A DNA stretch of 64,000 nucleotides from Minutocellus sp. GHC0000111. Taxonomy: Eukaryota. The DNA lies in NCBI GenBank assembly GCA_977018835.1, contig OZ361260.1, positions 310,001 through 374,000 on the forward strand, in the 5' to 3' direction. Below, piece by piece: positions 58,896-64,000 of the stretch (positions within the stretch are counted from its first letter, which is position 1; each line of letters opens with the position of its first letter). A program made the translations under genes and the position numbers. Below the pieces are notes generated by a model. It saw nothing but the letters and a program-made list of their open reading frames with translations. It did not search any database and was not told where the DNA came from.

Positions 58896-60101
58896 CTACG
58901 ATTGCGCCAATCTATTACCAAAATCTTCCGGTTTTACAACTATGCTGTGTATGTTGCCTGCGTCATCCAATACGAAAACATTCACAAACAAATCGGCGCT
59001 GTATGTGATTCGCTGAGCTCCGCCTCTAACTCTTGGCTGTGGTGCCTCTTTGGCAGTTTGTTCCAGAACAGCTTGGCCGTATCGTATCGCCTTTTCTCTC
59101 TTGAGCTCACTCAATACAGGCCGCATCGAGGGAAGATCGGCTTCATTTATACTCGGTCCAAATTGAGTTTGGCAGTAAGGTACGTAGTCCGGATCTGCCT
59201 CGCTGTAGTCCACATTGTAGCCGATATCCTGGAGCGTGCCGAGCGTAATACTACTCAATGGGCATTGCGCTTCGCCGCACGACGTGAAATAGTCACTCAT
59301 GATCTCGTAGTGAAAGGCACCTTCGTTCCAATCACTCCCGTCCCTGTCGAGTTGGGGTGTTCCGACGCAGCCCTTTGCCTGCCACTCTCTGACAGCATTG
59401 CCGCCGTGATAGGCGCCTGTTTCCATATTAATGTTCCCATTCAGACTCCAGAAGTAGCCATGAACTCCCACCATGTGTCCTAGCTCATGCTCAAGAAGGG
59501 CCTCCAGCCGGGGCCCTGCGAGGGCACTGACATCGTCAGCATCGAGCTCCAGGTATCCCACTAACGGAAGGTCGTGACTCTGGTGCGTGACTACGTTGTG
59601 CGTACGTCTGTGATACGGAATGAGCGAATGGCCAATAATATCTCCTGCTCCATCAATGTTCACTCCTTTCGCGCAGACATATACGTCGTCAATATAGCTA
59701 TTGTTTTGGTTCAAAGGAAGCAGAGTAAATTAGATGAGCTTCGCAGGTCGAGGTGGGTTACAGCACAGATCGAAGACTTCAGTAGCTACGTATTAGTATA
59801 TTCGTACGTAGCTACAAGTATCAAAAACGACATGACAGCCAACATGGCAAGCACAAATCAATTGAGGCAACCACGTACCTTTTGGATCAATGCCGGACAA
59901 CGCTGTTCCGTCAAGATCGCCATCAATGGCCGCATCCCATCGGTCACGGGCAGCAACGAAGCTGGGGATGAGAGCATCAGCAATACCGTTCACATTGAGG
60001 CAGATGTTGAATTGATTCTCGTCGTCGACACACATGAGTTTATTGGCCGAGATGGTCGGCAGCAGCACAACCGCGGCAAGAGCCACCTGAAGGACCTTCA
60101 T
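58896..60101 (-). CDS. Secreted leishmanolysin-like (M8-type) zinc metalloprotease; intron boundaries unresolved (~59700-59878)
   Basis: Signal peptide; AARDRWDAAIDGDL; IDGAGDIIG; LEHELGHMVG; Met-turn EIMS; PLSSITLGTLQDIGYNVDYS.AD. Confidence 0.75.
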
Positions 60102-60419
60102 GGTTGTAGACCAAAAGAATTACTACGCAGTAGAGGAGAAGGCTCCTCAACCCCTTCTCTCAACGATACATGTAAGATAGCACAGCCGTACTAGTAGCAC
60201 AGCCGCGAGAGACAAGAAAAGGCACAGGCGGCACAGGGCCGTTGACGCAAATTTCTTATGCCGCGATGGGGTCATTTGCGGGGGACGGATGGACGGTCAG
60301 ACGTGATTCATACTTCGGCGACTTCGGCTTGAAGACTTCAGTCTCGCGATGAGATGTCAAAAGAACTCATGAGGCTCCAAGTAGATACCTCTGTTTAATC
60401 AAGGCAGAATTAAAAATCA

Positions 60420-60968
60420 ATGCCTTGGATAACCTTGCGATTGCGTGTAGGGGCCGCGTTTGTCGCTGTGTGCTCTTCACGTGTGAACGGCTTTCATCTC
60501 GATAGAAGCACAAGTGGAGTCGGCCGAAGTGACGAAGGGGCTGTCCGTGCCGGTGCCAGAATTGAAATGATACCCCAAGAGCATTGCGTCTCGAGAAGAG
60601 AAGTCTTTGCTCATATCCATTGCGCGATTGATTTTGGCGTAGTGTCCGCCTTTTTATGTACCGTCGACTCTCCCTGTTTTGCGGAGGCGGGTCTAGAAAG
60701 TGACGTTGGACAACCCACTAGTAGTAAGAATCCTGAAAGCATCGCCTCTAATAGTACATCAGGCAGCGGATCCACCTCTGCAATAGAATGTGACGAAGAG
60801 TGCAAGGAACAAAGGCGAAGGAGAATAGAAGATCGCAGGGCCATGATGCGCCAATCGCGATCAACAACCTCAAGACAGGAGGTATTCGAGCTGTCTAAAC
60901 AGCGTGCGCGTCTTTATGGCTCGGATTACAAAGGAGCGAATTGTATCGATGGAGTCCCTTGCATTTGA
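60420..60968 (+). CDS. Hypothetical plastid (possibly thylakoid lumen) protein
   Basis: Signal + VNG-F, twin-arginine SRREVF followed by hydrophobic segment and CFA cleavage-like site. Confidence 0.65.
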   Translation: MPWITLRLRVGAAFVAVCSSRVNGFHLDRSTSGVGRSDEGAVRAGARIEMIPQEHCVSRREVFAHIHCAIDFGVVSAFLCTVDSPCFAEAGLESDVGQPTSSKNPESIASNSTSGSGSTSAIECDEECKEQRRRRIEDRRAMMRQSRSTTSRQEVFELSKQRARLYGSDYKGANCIDGVPCI

Positions 60969-60986
60969 TCAATTGAGCTGTAGAGA

Positions 60987-61163
60987 GATCCTGCGCCGAG
61001 TAAAATATAAAATGTAACAAATAGACTTTCAGAGGAAATCCAGCAATCTATTTGATCTCTATCAAATTTGCTCCGTTGTGAAAGTAGTAAAGCTGGAGGA
61101 TCCTGCACCGAGTAAAAGATGAGTAGTCTTTCAGAGGAAATCCAGTCGTCTATATTGATCTCA
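60987..61163. repeat. Imperfect direct repeat (~65-75 bp x2) between convergent genes
   Basis: gatcctgc(g/a)ccgagtaaaa...tag(a/t)ctttcagaggaaatccag..tctat..tgatctc at 60987 and 61099. Confidence 0.85.
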
Positions 61164-61164
61164 A

Positions 61165-62100
61165 TTAAATATGCTCGGTTGTGAAAGTGGATACAAACAC
61201 TGTATACGGCGATAAATTTATCGTCGCATGATGCAATTGATCGGGGAAATAAACCAAATCGCCTGGGTTTAAAGTGCATTCCCAAGGTAAATTATCACTG
61301 TTCTCGATTTTCATGTAATTGTTTTCCATCCAATACCGCGATGCATAGTCCGAGTCATACACGGGTCGACGATCTGGTGGATACAATATCCAGTGCTTCC
61401 TTCCATGAATTGCCTCAGAGAATCCTGGACCGTGTGTATGCCACTGCACGCCACTTCCGATATTACCCACCCCAAAGGCCAGTGCAGATAGTTCCCGGTC
61501 CTCACACGTGCTGCAGGGTGGCATCTCATAATCTAATAACATTTTCTTCCATTCATCTCCGTAAGTTTCTCCGAACAAATACCACGTTTCATTGCTCAGC
61601 TGGTCAGGGTATGTTTCACCCCTTCCGCCATTGGCAGTTGTGATTTCTTCTAAGTATTGTACAAGCGGTATCGTCCTGCGATGGGCCGAAAATGAATTAC
61701 TCGAGGATAGGGTTACATTGAAATCTAATGGAAAGCAGAATGGTAGATTCTCAAAAGTTGTCTTCTCAGCAAAGGCTGTATTCCGTCGCGGCTCATTCTC
61801 TGGGTCATTATATTCATCATATATCACCAACGGGTAGGGGTAGAGCTTCGGCAGGCCGCTCATTCCAAATCGCCGATGCAATTCCGTCCTACTTATTCGC
61901 GTGATGTTGCACCGATGCTGGGCTTCTGGGTCCCACCGCCAGTCGTTGTGATTTGAGCGTGCCTCGCACGCTTCTGTGCCATCGGCATCACCGCTCGCGG
62001 CTGCTCTGTTCGGCGTACATGCATTCTCCTCAGAAGCTGTAGCCACGAAGATGGCGATGAGGGTCAACAATGCGAAAATCGAAGGCTTGGAATGATTCAT
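61165..62100 (-). CDS. Secretory JmjC/cupin protein, JMJD8-like
   Basis: Signal peptide; VTLSSSNSFS; FGVGNIGSGVQWHTHGPGFSE..GRKHWILY; PGDLVYFPD..HHATIN. Confidence 0.85.
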   Translation of the reverse strand: MNHSKPSIFALLTLIAIFVATASEENACTPNRAAASGDADGTEACEARSNHNDWRWDPEAQHRCNITRISRTELHRRFGMSGLPKLYPYPLVIYDEYNDPENEPRRNTAFAEKTTFENLPFCFPLDFNVTLSSSNSFSAHRRTIPLVQYLEEITTANGGRGETYPDQLSNETWYLFGETYGDEWKKMLLDYEMPPCSTCEDRELSALAFGVGNIGSGVQWHTHGPGFSEAIHGRKHWILYPPDRRPVYDSDYASRYWMENNYMKIENSDNLPWECTLNPGDLVYFPDQLHHATINLSPYTVFVSTFTTEHI

Positions 62101-62428
62101 CAGGCACTACTGACTGACAATAGTTCTCTCTATTGTTTACTATCACAAATGTTTCGTCATCATTGCTCTGAACAGTCTGAACAAGTGTTGTGGGTACCGC
62201 ACGGTGGGGATGAGCTGGCGACGGTGGTTAGCAGCAGGCACTAAAACTGCATTCCTGTAGTGCCCAGTTTTTCTGCTGACCACCACCTTCGCCTCCTCTC
62301 GTCTCAACTGACCAAGCCACAACCATCTGCGATTGCTGCCGTTGCAATTGCTAAGTCAGCTTACAGTACCGGCTCCCAGAGCCTGTCTCTCTCTCTCTCA
62401 GTAGTTAGTTAGTTTTAAATTCCCTCAA

Positions 62429-62520
62429 ACCGCCAATGCCAGCTCCCCTCACCCTCTAAGAAGTTTCATTTACCGCCTCTCCCCCTCTAAGAAGTTTCAT
62501 TTACCGCCAATGCCAGCTCC
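62429..62520. repeat. Interleaved short direct repeats
   Basis: accgccaatgccagctcc x2 enclosing ccctctaagaagtttcatttaccgcc x2. Confidence 0.9.
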
Positions 62521-62778
62521 AGTTCACGTAGTTAAACTGCATTTCATGTTCTACTAAGTTGCATAGAGTTGGGAGAATCAGCGGAGGGAGGCACTGTGTT
62601 CGATGTATCATCGCGCTGAAACGCGAATGCGCTATTGACGATTGACGGACGGACGGCAGTGGACCTCATTATTTATTTATTTACCATCTCAAACAGCACT
62701 CAGCATAGCATCGTCATCATACCAGTATCAGTCAGCGTCCAGCTCAATACTACGAGTAAAGTGCCGTAGCTACACAGG

Positions 62779-64000
62779 ATGTCGAATCCACGTCTAAAAG
62801 CATCGGTGATGGGAGCCATGTGCACTGCATTCGCTCTTCATAACGGCAGCCATGCTTTTGCACCATCACCAGCAACTCAACTTTTTGTATCATCATCTCT
62901 TGGGCGAAACAGCAACCTCCCATCATCCTCATTCTCAGCCTCGTTTGCTACAAATGAAAGGCATGGAGTATCCAAGGACACCATGATTCCTCTTGTTCCC
63001 AGGGTGACCCTCGAAGAATTTCTCGCCAATCCCGTGTACGACAGACCAACCCTTGTTCGAGACATCATGTCACCTGACCAGGTGGAGACCATCGCCGAGG
63101 AATTGATGTCCAGAATGGGAGACGTAGAAGTACAACTGCAGAGGAAGATTCGAGGCGATAGCAATGGAGACGATGATGATGTCACTGAAATTTATGACGT
63201 TGCCCTACAGGAAGCATCAGAGTACATGATGGACTCTTCATATGATGATTCATTTTTTGCATTTTGTGAGGGATTGCTCGACGACGACAACAGCGATGAT
63301 GATGATTGTGCCACGTTGTCATCTCGTCTGAGCGAAATTCGTGAAGCCCCATTCCGTGGTGAAAACTGGTTCGATTATTTCCCTCCGTCAATACGCCCAA
63401 CGGATGCCGTCATATTGGCAGGAGAAGGATCGTGTTCGACACTTCATCGCGATCCTTTCGAATGGACGGGGACATCGATCTGTTTGGAAGGAACCAAGAT
63501 ATGGCGATTCATTATCCCCAACGAGGAGAGTATAGAAGGCAAAGTCAGCAACTTGGATGATGCGCTGGAGTCTTATCGGTTGGATTCGATTGCCTGGACA
63601 ACGGATGACGAAAAGAAAGATGCACTTGTCCTTAGCAGAGGATGGCAAAGTGACTTATTTTTCTACGCAAGGAGAGCAGAAGATGTTCCGTCAGCGATGG
63701 AGTTGTTAGAACTCGAGGACGACAACATAGAGGCATATGTGGCAGAAATTGAGGCGATGGGTACTGATATTTCGTTATTGTCTCCTGATGAACAGATTTC
63801 TGACCTTGTACAAAGCAAACAATTTGAATTTGCATCGGCAATCCAACAGGCCGGTGATTTGCTGATAATACCGGCGCACTGCTGGCATCAAACGTATGCC
63901 CCGGTACCATCCATAGCCGTAGCTTCTCAGAGATGTGGGGCGATAGTCGACGGAGCAAGCGTGGTACAGCATGTTCTTGAATCGCTGTCGAATGCATGTA
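62779..64000 (+). CDS. Plastid-targeted JmjC-domain 2OG/Fe oxygenase, runs off window end (not in the ORF track)
   Basis: Manual translation: MSNPRLKASVMGAMCTAFALHNGSHA-FAP; AGEGSCSTLHRDPFEW..GTKIWRF; QQAGDLLIIPAHCWHQ (HxD...H). Confidence 0.85.
   Translation, partial: MSNPRLKASVMGAMCTAFALHNGSHAFAPSPATQLFVSSSLGRNSNLPSSSFSASFATNERHGVSKDTMIPLVPRVTLEEFLANPVYDRPTLVRDIMSPDQVETIAEELMSRMGDVEVQLQRKIRGDSNGDDDDVTEIYDVALQEASEYMMDSSYDDSFFAFCEGLLDDDNSDDDDCATLSSRLSEIREAPFRGENWFDYFPPSIRPTDAVILAGEGSCSTLHRDPFEWTGTSICLEGTKIWRFIIPNEESIEGKVSNLDDALESYRLDSIAWTTDDEKKDALVLSRGWQSDLFFYARRAEDVPSAMELLELEDDNIEAYVAEIEAMGTDISLLSPDEQISDLVQSKQFEFASAIQQAGDLLIIPAHCWHQTYAPVPSIAVASQRCGAIVDGASVVQHVLESLSNAC

Noticed and set aside
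1..64000. Non-standard genetic code with reassigned stop codons
   Set aside because: All three stops also end genes normally, ORFs of 800-1000 aa have no internal stops, and frameshifts co-occur; decay or error is simpler.

Overview
Gene-dense eukaryotic nuclear DNA, very probably a diatom. This is inferred from short GT-AG introns, bipartite signal-peptide + ASAF-type plastid presequences and diatom-typical families. About 37 protein-coding loci are visible; I could not support any rRNA, tRNA, CRISPR array or autonomous transposon. Recognisable genes include an F-box/WD40 protein, QCR6, HVA22/REEP, PhoX, CDC20/Fizzy, a SAM methyltransferase, ALDH12/P5CDH, prolyl 4-hydroxylase, ARP1, CK1, a plastid thioredoxin-like protein, DUF179, a sulfotransferase, PEX11, a tautomerase, RING-Sel1-MYND, a leishmanolysin-like protease and two JmjC proteins. 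The most striking signal is that roughly a third of the loci are broken. There are in-frame TAG, TAA and TGA codons, one exactly on the ALDH12 catalytic cysteine, plus 1-bp and 4-bp frameshifts and genes whose 5' ends seem to be missing, while CK1, ARP1, P4H and HVA22 are intact. This fits a decaying duplicated or non-recombining haplotype, but assembly error could explain part of it. Other highlights are a trio of putative PP1-docking proteins, a cluster of Pro/Thr-stalk + RXL + TM (+PDZ) surface proteins, and intergenic TACATGTA palindrome arrays. All domain calls come from motifs recognised by eye; no searches were run.
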